A stretch of DNA of 64,000 nt from Rubripirellula sp. (GCA_965216875.1 OZ244207.1:4608001-4672000); one strand, 5' to 3'; positions 49,298-60,399 are shown, numbered from the stretch's first letter. Notes: generated by a model from the sequence alone, not told the origin. Translations and numbers: made by a program.

Positions 49298-50530
49298 ATG
49301 CCCAAGAAGAAAAAACCCGCTCCGCCAAAGAAAGACCAGACCCAAAGGTTGCAGCGTCTGTTGGCCTCAGCTGGATATGGCAGCCGTCGACAATGCGAAG
49401 AGCTGATCGAGGCTGGACGGGTAGAGGTCGATGGCGACATCATCACCAAGCTCGGCACGAACGCCGATCCGACGGTCAACAAGATTCGGGTCGACGGCGT
49501 CCTGCTGAAGAAGCAAAAGCTGGTCTACTACGCCGTCAACAAACCAGTTGGGGTCGTGACCACCAATTCGGACCCGCAGGGGCGTCCACGCGTGGTCGAT
49601 CTGGTCCCGAAGAGCGAACGGGTATTTGCCGTCGGGCGTCTCGACCGCAGCAGTGAAGGCCTGATCCTGCTGACCAACGACGGCGACCTCGCCCAACGAT
49701 TGACTCACCCCAAGTTCGGCGTCCGCAAGATCTACCGCGTGACCGTGGCTGGGCGAGTTGACCGCGAAACGATGAAACAAATGCGGCAGGGCATCTACAT
49801 CGCCGAAGGCCGCGTCGCCGTGGAAGGTGCCAAGATCTTCAAGTCGCGCAGTAAGGCGACGGAGATGGAAATCGTGCTGCGTGAGGGTAAGAATCGCGAG
49901 ATCCGCCGCATCCTCGCTCGACTCGGCCACAAGGTGCTTCAACTTCGTCGAATTGCGGTCGGCCCGCTGCGACTTGGTGACATGCCACCAGGTTCCTATC
50001 GAGTCGTCAGCCGCGAAGAAATCAAGAAGCTGCAACTCGCTTCCGATCCTGATCAAGCCGAAGCTCCCAAACGTCGTACCAAGAAGGGAGCACGCAAGGG
50101 TTCGTCGCCAACATCCGCCAAACCTCAAAGCGGCGGCAAGGCGAAGGGAAAGAAGCCTGGGTCGCGGAGCAAGTCCCGATTCGATGCATCCAGCAGCGAT
50201 GCCGGATTCGCTGCGACACCGCGTTCGGGTGCCGTGATCGGCGCAGTGATTGGAGGCGATGCACCCGAGCCATCCGAAGAATCGCGACCACGACGCGCCA
50301 CGAAAAAACGCAGCGTCAAACGAGGCGCAACCGGTGGCAAGAAACGCGCAACCAAAAAGTCATCGCGTAATCCATCGGCTAGCAAGTCGCGCGGCAAGGC
50401 GTCGAAAAAGAGTTCTACAGGACGCTCGGGGGGACGCAGCGGAAGCACGCGCGCCGCGGGCAAACCGACCAAACGAACAACCAAGAAACGCGGCGCAAAA
50501 AAGCGTTCAACGAAGAAACGAAACAGGTAG
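49298..50530 (+). CDS. rluB: rRNA pseudouridine synthase (RluB/RsuA family) with long Lys/Arg-rich tail
   Basis: S4 domain (SRRQCEELI), NKPVG, VGRLD, LLTNDG, EGKNREIRR. Confidence 0.88.
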   Translation: MPKKKKPAPPKKDQTQRLQRLLASAGYGSRRQCEELIEAGRVEVDGDIITKLGTNADPTVNKIRVDGVLLKKQKLVYYAVNKPVGVVTTNSDPQGRPRVVDLVPKSERVFAVGRLDRSSEGLILLTNDGDLAQRLTHPKFGVRKIYRVTVAGRVDRETMKQMRQGIYIAEGRVAVEGAKIFKSRSKATEMEIVLREGKNREIRRILARLGHKVLQLRRIAVGPLRLGDMPPGSYRVVSREEIKKLQLASDPDQAEAPKRRTKKGARKGSSPTSAKPQSGGKAKGKKPGSRSKSRFDASSSDAGFAATPRSGAVIGAVIGGDAPEPSEESRPRRATKKRSVKRGATGGKKRATKKSSRNPSASKSRGKASKKSSTGRSGGRSGSTRAAGKPTKRTTKKRGAKKRSTKKRNR

Positions 50531-50542
50531 ACGCAACGGACC

Positions 50543-51427
50543 ATGGGAAAACTGCACGCCGACTATTACGCCGACTCGATGGTGCAAGTCACCGCGCCGA
50601 TCGAGCGCAATGATGAGATCGCCGAAAAGACCTTTTTGGTGCGAGTCGCTGCCGAGGAAATCGCAAGCACGGCCGTCCCCGGTCAGTTCGTGATGATTCG
50701 ATTGGCCGGCACCGATGCTCCCCTGATCGGTCGCGCGTTGGCCATCTACGACATCGTCGATGACGAGCACGGAAACCCCCGCTACCTCGATTTGGTCTAT
50801 CTCAAAAAGGGCACACTCACGTCGCTGCTTGCTACCTCGCCGGTCGGAACCGAACTCACCGTATGGGGTCCACTGGGCAACGGGTTTGCCAACCGTCCGT
50901 GTGACCGCTTGATCATGGCCGCAGGCGGAATTGGTCAGACCCCCATGTTGATCATGGGGCGCGAAGCCAAGGGGACTCAGTCATTCGGCGACGCAGGCCG
51001 ACAATCAGGCTGGGCATCCAACGTCGAACTGATCTACGGCGCCCGGACCAAGTCGTTGCTTGCCGGCGTCGATGACTTTCGCGAGGCCGGATTCGACGTC
51101 ACGCTGTGCACCGATGACGGCAGCGAAGGGCTTCACCAACGCGTTCCGGATGTCCTTGCCGCGCGACTTGCCGAACTTGCCGGCAGTGGCGAATCGATCC
51201 GTGTGGTCACCTGTGGCCCAGAGATCATGATGGAGAAGGTCTCTGAAGCTTGCGAAGCCGCTTCGGTCGACTGCCAAGTCTCGATGGAGACCCCGATGGC
51301 TTGTGGGATCGGAATCTGCTTTTCCTGCGTCGCTCAAGTCCGTCAGGATGAAGGTCCCGAAGAATGGGACTACAAACGCACTTGTGTCGAAGGCCCGATC
51401 TTTGACGCTGACAAGATTTGTTGGTGA
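50543..51427 (+). CDS. pyrK: Dihydroorotate dehydrogenase electron transfer subunit
   Basis: PGQF, GPLGNGF, GGIG, TDDGS, CGP, MACGIGICFSC, CVEGPIF. Confidence 0.9.
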   Translation: MGKLHADYYADSMVQVTAPIERNDEIAEKTFLVRVAAEEIASTAVPGQFVMIRLAGTDAPLIGRALAIYDIVDDEHGNPRYLDLVYLKKGTLTSLLATSPVGTELTVWGPLGNGFANRPCDRLIMAAGGIGQTPMLIMGREAKGTQSFGDAGRQSGWASNVELIYGARTKSLLAGVDDFREAGFDVTLCTDDGSEGLHQRVPDVLAARLAELAGSGESIRVVTCGPEIMMEKVSEACEAASVDCQVSMETPMACGIGICFSCVAQVRQDEGPEEWDYKRTCVEGPIFDADKICW

Positions 51428-51558
51428 CCCCGAAAAGAAACAAGGGACACGAAAGCACACAAGTGCCCCGGCATGATGCCGATGTGTGCTTACGCGTCCC
51501 TTGTCGTGTTCTTTCCGACGCGCGGTCGGTCCCACGCGTTCATGTTCAATGCAACCGA

Positions 51559-52518
51559 TTAGCGGTAGAACGAACCATTGGTCGTTGGTGCAGAGCTTCC
51601 CGTCGGGTAACCGCCAGCACCAGCAGTGCTGCCTGGTGAATACCCACTTGGGACGTCGCTCGTGGCCGATGGCGGAGCGAGTGCTGGAAGTGAATCGAGC
51701 GTTGTGCTCGGTGCGGTCACATCCGCAGTGCTTGCGGTCGAAAAGTCAGGTGCTGTCGCTGCGGGCGGTGCTAAGTCGGAAGGCGGTGCAAAACCTGCAG
51801 GCTTGGTGTCGGCGATCGATGCGGTCGCGCCACCTGCTGGCAATCCGAACGACGGTGGCTCAGCAGTTGCAGCTGCCACAGCGGGACTCACGCCACCTGG
51901 CAGAGTGAAACCGCCAGGCGTTGAGGTTTGGGCCGGAGCGGTCACGCCAGCCGGAGCTGTCATGCCAGTAGGTGCCGTTGGTGATCCTGATCCGGGAAGA
52001 GCGTAGCTTGTCGATGGTGTCGGCGCACTGGGTGCCGATGGTGCCTCGGTCTTTGGCGTGAATGTTTTGGCGCCAAAACTGTACCCCGAGGGTTTGGTCG
52101 GTGTGTAACCAGCAGGCGTCGCGGGAGTGCCGAATCCATTCGCTTGTGCCGCTGCAAGGTTCGTCTTGGGCGAGCTGGCGTATCCTGGTAGTTGGCCGCC
52201 AGCCTGCGCTGTCGCCGACAAGCCCGGAGCGGAAGTGCCAGGCGCGGACAGACCCGGCGCCGACTCAGGTTGTCCCGTCGAAACAGGAACGCCTGTGCCA
52301 CCGGCGATCGATGCGATCGCTTCCGGGGTTGCCGATGCACTTGGTGGTGCTGGGAAACTGGTGGTTGGGCCAGCGGCAATGGTTTCAACCGAAGGCTTGC
52401 TGCCCATGCCAAACATGCCCATGCCAGGCATACTGCGGCAGCCTGTGGAAATCAGCGCCATCGCGGCGCAACCAGTCACGACCAAGCGGCCTGCGCGTGT
52501 GGTGTTGTTCGAGAGCAT
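51559..52518 (-). CDS. Low-complexity Pro/Ala/Ser/Thr-rich lipoprotein
   Basis: Signal peptide with STGC lipobox; disordered composition. Confidence 0.75.
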   Translation of the reverse strand: MLSNNTTRAGRLVVTGCAAMALISTGCRSMPGMGMFGMGSKPSVETIAAGPTTSFPAPPSASATPEAIASIAGGTGVPVSTGQPESAPGLSAPGTSAPGLSATAQAGGQLPGYASSPKTNLAAAQANGFGTPATPAGYTPTKPSGYSFGAKTFTPKTEAPSAPSAPTPSTSYALPGSGSPTAPTGMTAPAGVTAPAQTSTPGGFTLPGGVSPAVAAATAEPPSFGLPAGGATASIADTKPAGFAPPSDLAPPAATAPDFSTASTADVTAPSTTLDSLPALAPPSATSDVPSGYSPGSTAGAGGYPTGSSAPTTNGSFYR

Positions 52519-52775
52519 CCCTGCGTCCTTACAAATTCGATGTTGATCGCTCAACTGAGGTGTTTGGTTTTTCGGGTCTTCCCTGACCTCAAAGCCAACC
52601 AAACCGGCAAAACTTATCACGTTTGCCTCAAATCCATTCCGTCCAGCTGGACGTCGTCCAAGACTGGCGAGAGCCCGGACGTTAAATCGCCAGCGAAAAC
52701 CATGTCAAGGCAGAAAAAACAGAGCAGGGAAACTCGCAGTGAAACTGCGACAACATTCCTCCAGAGCGGGAAGAC

Positions 52776-53067
52776 GCTAGTGCTGCGGATTGCAACTGCG
52801 CCCGTTAACACTCTCCCTTGGGAGAGTCGGGCTCTAAGGCCCGGAGAGGGTTTGTATGGTTCATTCCCTCCTCGGACTTTGCGTCCGACCCTCCCGCAAG
52901 CGGGAGGGTGCTAGTGCTGCGGATTGCAATCTTGGTACCACAGAGCCACTTCTTGCGCAGTTTTGGCGGTGCCCGTGAGCCGCTGGCCGTCAGGCCTCGG
53001 GCCCTTGCCGGCGCGCAGATGCTTTGAAGGCGATCAAAGCCCGGCCGCTTACGCGATCTCGGCTCAC
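52776..53067 (+). repeat. Family B element flanked by 20-bp direct repeats, followed by a family A copy
   Basis: GCTAGTGCTGCGGATTGCAA at 52776-52795 and 52910-52929; B 52809-52910; A 52969-53067. Confidence 0.88.
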
Positions 53068-53085
53068 CCACGAGCGAAAGGCGAC

Positions 53086-53125
53086 AAAAAAACGCAGATG
53101 AAGATCGGCGTCTTCACCTGCGTTT
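53086..53125 (-). terminator. Intrinsic terminator after gltD
   Basis: AAACGCAG-TGAAGA...TCTTCA-CTGCGTTT stem with an A-run (U-tract on the minus strand). Confidence 0.75.
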
Positions 53126-53154
53126 GATTGAAATCGATTTGGGAACGATTGGAC

Positions 53155-54663
53155 CTAGACGGCGCCAACTTCCATCGAAGTGCCCATCGTTTGACCGGGA
53201 GCGGGCAGGTTGCTCGAACCGGTCAAGTAGATGTCGATCGCGCGGGCAGCTCCGCGACCTTCGTTGATCGCCCAAACGACAAGGCTTTGACCGCGACGGC
53301 AGTCACCCGCGGTGAACACACCTTCGATGTTGGTCGCGTAAACACCATGTTCGGCTTGGAAGTTACTGCGAGGATCGACGTCCAATTGCAATACATCGGC
53401 AACGTACTGCTCAGGACCGAGGAAACCCATCGCCAGCAAGATCAACTGCGCGGGCCATTCCTTTTCGCTACCTTCGACTTCGGCCATTTCCCAACCGCCG
53501 TCGTCGTTCTTGGTCCATTTCACCTCGACCGTTTTGATGCCACGAAGATTGCCATCGTCGTCGGTCAAGAACCCTTTCGAGAGGATCTGGTACTCGCGAG
53601 GATCGCGTCCAAACTTGGCCTCGGCTTCTTCGTGACCGTAGTCGACGCGGAAGATACGCGGCCATTCTGGCCAAGGGTTATCTTCGGCGCGATCTTCTGG
53701 CGGTTTGGGCAGCAATTCAAAGTTCACCATGCTGCGGCAGCCGTCACGGATACTGGTTCCGATACAGTCGGTTCCGGTATCACCACCACCGATGACGATC
53801 ACGTCTTTGCCCTCAGCACTGATGAAATCGTTGCCGAGAGAATCGCCGTGGACCACTTGTTTGGTATGGGCGGTCAGGAATTCCATCGCAAAGTGAACGC
53901 CTTTAGCATCGCGATTTGGAATCGGCAAATCACGAGGCTTGGTCGCACCACAAGCGAGTAGCACGGCGTCGTTGTCTTCGTGAAGCTGTTTCGGGTCAAC
54001 GTTTTGCCCGACGTTGGCGCCAGTCACAAACTTGATCCCTTCGGCTTCCATCTTGTCCAAACGACGTTGCAGCACGTCCTTGCCAAGTTTCATGTTTGGA
54101 ATGCCGTACTGCAGCAAGCCACCGATACGATCTTCGCGTTCGTAAACGGTGACTTCGTGACCCGCCTGGTTGAGCTGATCCGCAGCGGCCAATCCGGCCG
54201 GACCACTACCGATCACAGCGACCTTTTTGCCGCTGCGCGTTTCTGGCGGATCAGGTTGAATCCAACCTTCGGCCCACGCGCGGTCGATGATCGCGTTTTC
54301 GATGTTCTTGATCGTCACTGGTGGGTTATTGATGCCAAGCACGCACGAACCTTCGCACGGGGCAGGGCAGACACGACCGGTGAACTCAGGAAAGTTGTTG
54401 GTCTTGTGCAAACGCTCGTTGGCTTCTTTCCAACGATTGTTGTAGACCAAGTCGTTCCATTCGGGGATCAAGTTGTCGATCGGGCAACCTGTTCCCGACT
54501 GACAGAACGGAACACCACAATCCATGCATCGAGCGCCCTGCTGTTGCAGTTGTTCGACGCGAGGCTCGGTGTAGATCTCGTCGTAATCGTTGATACGGAC
54601 GACCGGCAGACGCCATGGCACTTTCTTGCGATCAAACTCTTTAAAACCGGTTGGCTTTCCCAT
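53155..54663 (-). CDS. gltD: Glutamate synthase small subunit
   Basis: [55 protein letters not shown]. Confidence 0.97.
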   Translation of the reverse strand: MGKPTGFKEFDRKKVPWRLPVVRINDYDEIYTEPRVEQLQQQGARCMDCGVPFCQSGTGCPIDNLIPEWNDLVYNNRWKEANERLHKTNNFPEFTGRVCPAPCEGSCVLGINNPPVTIKNIENAIIDRAWAEGWIQPDPPETRSGKKVAVIGSGPAGLAAADQLNQAGHEVTVYEREDRIGGLLQYGIPNMKLGKDVLQRRLDKMEAEGIKFVTGANVGQNVDPKQLHEDNDAVLLACGATKPRDLPIPNRDAKGVHFAMEFLTAHTKQVVHGDSLGNDFISAEGKDVIVIGGGDTGTDCIGTSIRDGCRSMVNFELLPKPPEDRAEDNPWPEWPRIFRVDYGHEEAEAKFGRDPREYQILSKGFLTDDDGNLRGIKTVEVKWTKNDDGGWEMAEVEGSEKEWPAQLILLAMGFLGPEQYVADVLQLDVDPRSNFQAEHGVYATNIEGVFTAGDCRRGQSLVVWAINEGRGAARAIDIYLTGSSNLPAPGQTMGTSMEVGAV

Positions 54664-54726
54664 CGCTCGTTACTCTCAAAAAGACTCTTCGTTGTATTCG
54701 GTTGTTCGGTGGACTTGGATGATTGA

Positions 54727-57700
54727 CTAGGCGGTTGCCGACTCTTCCTGACGTTTCATTTCTTCCAAAACGCGTTTGAAGTCGGTTGGCATCACCTTGA
54801 CGCATTGGGCCAGGAAGCCGTCCCAATCATCAAGCACTTGCTGGGCAACAACGCTGCCGGTGTACTGCTGATGACGGCGAACCATCTCCTTGACGTCCTC
54901 TTCTTCCTCGGACGTTTCGATCTTTTCCAAAGCGACCGTTGCAAGGTTGCAGTTCAAATTAAAATCGCCGTCACGATCCCAGATGTAGGCGATCCCGCCC
55001 GACATCCCAGCGGCAAAGTTACGCCCAGTGGCTCCCAGGCAAACCATGCGGCCACCGGTCATGTATTCACAACCATGGTCACCAACGCCTTCGACCACGG
55101 TCCGTGCACCACTGTTGCGAACACAGAAACGTTCGGCCGCACGACCGCGGAAGTAAGCCTCGCCACCCGTCGCTCCGTAAAGGCAAACGTTACCGATCAG
55201 AATGTTGTCTTCGGCCGTGAAGCTACTTTCACGTGGCGGGAAGACAACCAATCGACCGCCGCTGAGGCCTTTGCCGACATAGTCGTTCGCGTCGCCTTCG
55301 AGTTCGATTGTCACGCCGTGCGAAAGGAACGCACCAAGACTTTGTCCTGCCGAGCCGGTCAGTTCGATGCGGACGGTGTCCTCTGGCAGCCCCTTTTGCC
55401 CGTAACGTTTTGCAATCTCGTTGCTAAGAATCGTGCCGACGGTGCGGTTGATGTTCACGATCGGTGATTGGATCGTGACCGGCTCACCCCGCTCGAGCGC
55501 CGGTGCGGCTGCTTCGACCAACTTGGTCAAGTCGAGCGACTTTTCCAAACCGTGATCTTGTGCTTGTGTGCAGATCACGTCGACGTCGTCGTGTGGTTTG
55601 TTGGCAGGCATCAACACCGAAGTCAAATCCAAGCCGTCTGCTTTCCAGTGCTTGATCGCCGCATCGGTTTCGAGCACTTCGCTGTGACCGACCATCTCGT
55701 CGATCGACTTGAAGCCAAGTTTGGCCATCAAACGACGAGCTTCCTCGGCAACCATGAACAAGTAATTGACAACGTGTTCTGGCTTGCCGGTGAATTTCTT
55801 ACGCAGGTCGGGGTCTTGAGTCGCGATTCCGACAGGGCAAGTGTTCAAGTGACACTTCCGCATCATGATGCAGCCCATCGTGATCAGCGGAGCGGTTGAG
55901 AAACCGAATTCTTCGGCACCCAACAATGCCGCAACCACGACGTCGCGACCCGTTTTCAATCCACCGTCAGTTTGCAGGACGACTCGGCTTCGCAGGTCGT
56001 TAAGCACGAGAACTTGGTGCGTTTCAGCGATCCCAAGTTCCCAAGGCAGACCCGCGTGTTTGATGCTCGTCAACGGCGAAGCACCCGTTCCGCCGGTGTC
56101 ACCCGAAATCAGGATGTGATCGGCGTGTGCTTTGGCAACACCGGAGGCGATCACACCGACGCCCACTTCACTGACCAACTTGACGCTAATCCGCGAGGCG
56201 CGGTTGGCGTTCTTCAAGTCGTGAATCAGTTGCGCAAGGTCTTCGATCGAATAAATGTCGTGGTGAGGCGGAGGACTGATCAGACCGACCCCCGGCGTGC
56301 TGTAACGAATTCGGGCGATGTTCTTATCGACCTTCTTGCCTGGCAGTTCACCACCTTCGCCTGGCTTGGCACCCTGCGAGATCTTGATTTGGATCTCATC
56401 TGCGTTGGTCAAGTATTCGATCGTGACACCAAAGCGTCCCGACGCAACTTGCTTGATGGCCGAACGCTTGGAATCGCCGTTCTCGAGCGGCTGGAAACGA
56501 ATGGGGTCTTCACCACCCTCGCCGGTGTTGCTTTTGCCACCCAAACGATTCATCGCGATCGCGAGCGACTCGTGCGATTCGGCACTGATGCTGCCGAAAC
56601 TCATCGCACCGGTACAGAACCGCTTCACGATTTCTTTGGCTGGTTCGACTTCGTCGAGTGCAATCGACTTGCGAACGTCTTCTTTGAAGCCAAGCAGACC
56701 ACGCAGCGTGCAACGCGAACGATTGTCAGCGTTGATGGTGTGGGCAAACTTCCAGTAAGCGTCTTCGTTGTTGTTTCGAGCAGCAAGCTGCAGATTCGAA
56801 ATCGCTTGTGGCGACCAAGCGTGCTTTTCGCCTTCGGCTCGCCAGTGGAATTCGCCCATATTGGGCAACTGAGGCAACTGGTCGTCGACGCGTTCGGGGA
56901 AACCGAGTGCATGACGACGCAGCGTTTCTTCGGCGATCACGTCGAACGACACACCTTGAATGCGGCTCGCCGTACCCACAAAACACTTGTCGATCACTTC
57001 ATCCTTCAAGCCAAGTGCTTCAAAGATTTGGGCGCCCTTGTAACTTTGCAGCGTCGAGATGCCCATCTTGGCCATCACCTTCAGCATGCCCTTGGCGACG
57101 CCTTTGCGATAAGCGGCGACAACCTTGTCATCATCAAGCGATGGATCCATCAAGCCGTCACGGCGAGCCTGCCAGAGTGCTTCGAAGGCAAGGTAGGGGT
57201 TGATTGCGTCCGCACCGTAGCCGATCAACAAACAGTGGTGATGCACTTCGCGAGCTTCGCCCGACTCGACGACCAATCCGATTCGCGTTCGCTTGGCTTG
57301 TTTGACCAAGTGATGGTGGACGGCACCAACGGCTAGCAGCGAGCTGACCGGAATTCGATCCTGCGAAACGGCGCGGTCCGTTAGCACAACAAGCTGGATG
57401 CCTTCGTCGGCGGCCGCTTCCGCTTCTTGAGCGATACGGTCGAGCGTCTTTTGGAGGCCCGCTTTGCCTTCGCTGCGATCGAACGTGATGTCGATCACAC
57501 GGCTATGCCAACCTTCGTAGTTGATGTGTTTGAGCGCCGCGATTTCTTCGTTGGTCAAGATGGGGTGATCGACCAACAAGCGATGGCAATGCTCTGGGGT
57601 CGCGTCGAGCAAGTTTTGCTCGGGACCGATGTAGCATTCCAACGACATGATCACTTCTTCGCGAATCGAATCGATCGAAGGGTTCGTGACCTGGGCGAAG

Positions 57701-59349
57701 AGTTGCTTGAAGTAGTCGTAGATCATGCGCGGCTTGTCGCTCAAACAAGCGATTGCGCTGTCGTTGCCCATCGAACCGACGGGATCACGAAGCTGCTCGA
57801 CCAGCGGACGAAGCATGAAGTTCATCGTCTCGGATGAATACCCGAACGACTGCATGCGTGGCAAAAGGGTGTCGCTATCGAAGCCATGGGGTTCGGTTTC
57901 GGGATGCAAATCGCTCAAACGAATCCGCTGTTCACGCAGCCATTTGCCGTACGGCATTGCACGAGCAAAATCACTCTTGAGTTCTTCGTCAGGGATCATG
58001 CGTCCCTGTTCGAAGTCGACCAGGAACATCTTGCCTGGTTGCAAACGACCTTTCGCCTTGACGATTGCTGGATCGACCGGCAACACACCCACTTCGCTGG
58101 CCATGATCACGCGATCATCGTGTGTGATGTAGTAGCGGCTTGGACGCAAACCGTTTCGGTCGAGCGTCGCACCGATGTACTTTCCGTCGGTAAAGGCGAT
58201 CGACGCAGGACCGTCCCAAGGTTCCATCATGCACGAGAAGTATTCATAGAAAGCACGCTTCTCTTCGGGCATCGTTTCGTGCTTTTGCCATGCTTCGGGG
58301 ACCATCATCATGATCGCTTCTTGAAGCGTTCGGCCGGTCATCAACATGAACTCAAGCACGTTGTCGAACGTTCCCGAGTCACTGCAATGTGGCTCGATGA
58401 CGGGGAAGAGCTTTTGCAGCTCGTCGCCGTAGATGTCGCTTGCGGCCGATCCTTCACGAGCCCGCATCCAGTTGCTGTTACCACGCAGCGTGTTGATTTC
58501 GCCGTTATGGCTCATGAAACGCAGCGGTTGAGCGCGGTCCCAACTGGGGAAGGTGTTGGTCGAGAAACGACTGTGCACCATCGCCAAGTGTGTTTCGTAG
58601 TCTTCGTCACGAAGGTCAGGGAAGTACGGCAACACCTGCTGCGGTGTCAGCATCCCTTTGTAGATGATCACTTTGGTGCTGAGCGAACAGATGTAGAACA
58701 TCAACGCTTGCTTGAGTGTTTCGCTACCACGCAGGGCATGACTTGCCTGCTTGTGGATCATATACAGCTTGCGTTCGAACTGTTCCGAATCGAGTCCATC
58801 GGCAGCGCTGACGAACAACTGTTCGATCACAGGTTCGCTGTTGCGCGCCGTCGGGCCAACGTCGGCAAGATCCGTTTCTTGCGGGACGTCGCGCCATCCG
58901 AGGTGGTTTTGTCCTGCGTCGGCAACCAGCTTTTCGATCGACTCTTTGCAGAACGCACGCTCATCGGCATCGCGGGGCAAAAAGACCAGACCGGCGGCAA
59001 ACCGGCCTGGTTCAGGCAAGTCGACACCCAAGTCTTGCTTGGCGACCTTGGCAAGGAACTTGTGGGGAAGCCCGGTCATGATGCCCGAGCCGTCACCGGT
59101 GTTCGGTTCACAGCCGCATGCGCCGCGGTGATCCATCGCTTGCAGGATCGTGTCGGCATCGAGCACGTTTTGGTGACTCGGCTCGCCCTTGATGTGTGCG
59201 ATGAAGCCAACACCACATGCGTCTTTTTCCTGATTCGGGTCGTAGAGACCCTGTGCAGGAGGCAGGTGGAAAAGAGGTTCGTTGTTGTGTTCGTTCTTGT
59301 CTGTCATAACCATCTCGTCATTGCTTGCCAGCGATTGGCTGTTGAGCAC
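54727..59349 (-). CDS. gltB: Glutamate synthase large subunit
   Basis: DACGVGF, HSRFSTNT, HNGEINT, GAKPGEGG, CHLNTCPVG, GXGXG domain. Start may be the ATG at 59307. Confidence 0.98.
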   Translation of the reverse strand: MLNSQSLASNDEMVMTDKNEHNNEPLFHLPPAQGLYDPNQEKDACGVGFIAHIKGEPSHQNVLDADTILQAMDHRGACGCEPNTGDGSGIMTGLPHKFLAKVAKQDLGVDLPEPGRFAAGLVFLPRDADERAFCKESIEKLVADAGQNHLGWRDVPQETDLADVGPTARNSEPVIEQLFVSAADGLDSEQFERKLYMIHKQASHALRGSETLKQALMFYICSLSTKVIIYKGMLTPQQVLPYFPDLRDEDYETHLAMVHSRFSTNTFPSWDRAQPLRFMSHNGEINTLRGNSNWMRAREGSAASDIYGDELQKLFPVIEPHCSDSGTFDNVLEFMLMTGRTLQEAIMMMVPEAWQKHETMPEEKRAFYEYFSCMMEPWDGPASIAFTDGKYIGATLDRNGLRPSRYYITHDDRVIMASEVGVLPVDPAIVKAKGRLQPGKMFLVDFEQGRMIPDEELKSDFARAMPYGKWLREQRIRLSDLHPETEPHGFDSDTLLPRMQSFGYSSETMNFMLRPLVEQLRDPVGSMGNDSAIACLSDKPRMIYDYFKQLFAQVTNPSIDSIREEVIMSLECYIGPEQNLLDATPEHCHRLLVDHPILTNEEIAALKHINYEGWHSRVIDITFDRSEGKAGLQKTLDRIAQEAEAAADEGIQLVVLTDRAVSQDRIPVSSLLAVGAVHHHLVKQAKRTRIGLVVESGEAREVHHHCLLIGYGADAINPYLAFEALWQARRDGLMDPSLDDDKVVAAYRKGVAKGMLKVMAKMGISTLQSYKGAQIFEALGLKDEVIDKCFVGTASRIQGVSFDVIAEETLRRHALGFPERVDDQLPQLPNMGEFHWRAEGEKHAWSPQAISNLQLAARNNNEDAYWKFAHTINADNRSRCTLRGLLGFKEDVRKSIALDEVEPAKEIVKRFCTGAMSFGSISAESHESLAIAMNRLGGKSNTGEGGEDPIRFQPLENGDSKRSAIKQVASGRFGVTIEYLTNADEIQIKISQGAKPGEGGELPGKKVDKNIARIRYSTPGVGLISPPPHHDIYSIEDLAQLIHDLKNANRASRISVKLVSEVGVGVIASGVAKAHADHILISGDTGGTGASPLTSIKHAGLPWELGIAETHQVLVLNDLRSRVVLQTDGGLKTGRDVVVAALLGAEEFGFSTAPLITMGCIMMRKCHLNTCPVGIATQDPDLRKKFTGKPEHVVNYLFMVAEEARRLMAKLGFKSIDEMVGHSEVLETDAAIKHWKADGLDLTSVLMPANKPHDDVDVICTQAQDHGLEKSLDLTKLVEAAAPALERGEPVTIQSPIVNINRTVGTILSNEIAKRYGQKGLPEDTVRIELTGSAGQSLGAFLSHGVTIELEGDANDYVGKGLSGGRLVVFPPRESSFTAEDNILIGNVCLYGATGGEAYFRGRAAERFCVRNSGARTVVEGVGDHGCEYMTGGRMVCLGATGRNFAAGMSGGIAYIWDRDGDFNLNCNLATVALEKIETSEEEEDVKEMVRRHQQYTGSVVAQQVLDDWDGFLAQCVKVMPTDFKRVLEEMKRQEESATA

Positions 59350-59404
59350 CGCGAAATCGGAAAGCGAGCACCATTGCGACCGAAGCCAGCTGTGCTCGGC
59401 TCAC

Positions 59405-60382
59405 CTACGCGACAACCGAAGTCGCACTTCGACTGTCTATCGCGGAACCGTCCACGGCAGGATTTCCCCCGCTGCCGGATTTACTTCGTTTTCCCGAGTC
59501 GAGCGGACGTCCCAAGAGAAGCGAGCCGAACTCATTGGCAGCTCGACTGAGACGTCCTGATCGTCGGAAGATAATGCCCAGAGGTCGCGTCATGCGTAGC
59601 TCTCGACATGCGACGACTCGCAGTGAGCCGTCAGCGGTTTCGCGGCGAACCGCCGCTTCAGGTACGATCCCAATGCCACGACTGGCCTGGATCGCGCGAA
59701 CCATGGAATCTGCGTTATCAAATTCCATGCGAACGTTAACGTTGACGCCAGCCTTTGCCAAACCTTGATCCACCTCTTGGCGAAGTGGCAACTCAGGCGA
59801 AAAGCCGACCATTTCCATCCCCGTCAATTGCGACGGAGACACTTCGTTCTCGGTTGCCAACCGATGATTGGCCGAACATACGATCCGCATCGGTTCGTTT
59901 TGCCAATGAACGAATTGAAGTTGTTTTGTGCTCTTGGGGAAGCTGACCAAACCAAAGTCCACTTCACCTTCGCTGGTCATTTCGACGACACGCTGACTCG
60001 AACCAAAGTCCATCTTCACATCGACTTCGGGATGCAACCGCGCGAAGGCGTCACACGCCTCAGGCATGTAACTGAGACCAACCGAATAGATGGTGCCAAT
60101 GGAGATGCGACCACTCAGTCGCTTGCTGATGCTGCGGACCTCTTGCTCCAATCGGTCGTAACTTCGCAGCACTCCGCGGAGACCACGGAAGTAGGTCTTG
60201 CCAGCAGTAGTCAGAATAAGAGGTCGCTTCGAACGATTGATCAGTTCAACACCGAGCGACTCTTCAAGCTGTTGCATCGCCTGACTGACGGCGCTCTGAG
60301 TCAATTGATGAACGGCCGCAGCTTTAGAAAAGCTACGCTGTTCGGCAACGGTGCAAAAGATCTCGAGCGTTCGTAGGTGCAA
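59405..60382 (-). CDS. LysR-family transcriptional regulator
   Basis: SFSKAA, TQSAVSQ, LEESLGVELINR, LTTAG; substrate-binding domain follows. Confidence 0.93.
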   Translation of the reverse strand: MHLRTLEIFCTVAEQRSFSKAAAVHQLTQSAVSQAMQQLEESLGVELINRSKRPLILTTAGKTYFRGLRGVLRSYDRLEQEVRSISKRLSGRISIGTIYSVGLSYMPEACDAFARLHPEVDVKMDFGSSQRVVEMTSEGEVDFGLVSFPKSTKQLQFVHWQNEPMRIVCSANHRLATENEVSPSQLTGMEMVGFSPELPLRQEVDQGLAKAGVNVNVRMEFDNADSMVRAIQASRGIGIVPEAAVRRETADGSLRVVACRELRMTRPLGIIFRRSGRLSRAANEFGSLLLGRPLDSGKRSKSGSGGNPAVDGSAIDSRSATSVVA

Positions 60383-60399
60383 CTGACGTTCTTGCTAAT

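Noticed and set aside
53128..59550. Long plus-strand ORFs (554, 454, 277 aa and others)
   Set aside because: They are antisense shadows of gltB/gltD with no recognisable motifs. The same applies to 43096-44169, 36865-38145, 25855-26811 and 11174-12193.
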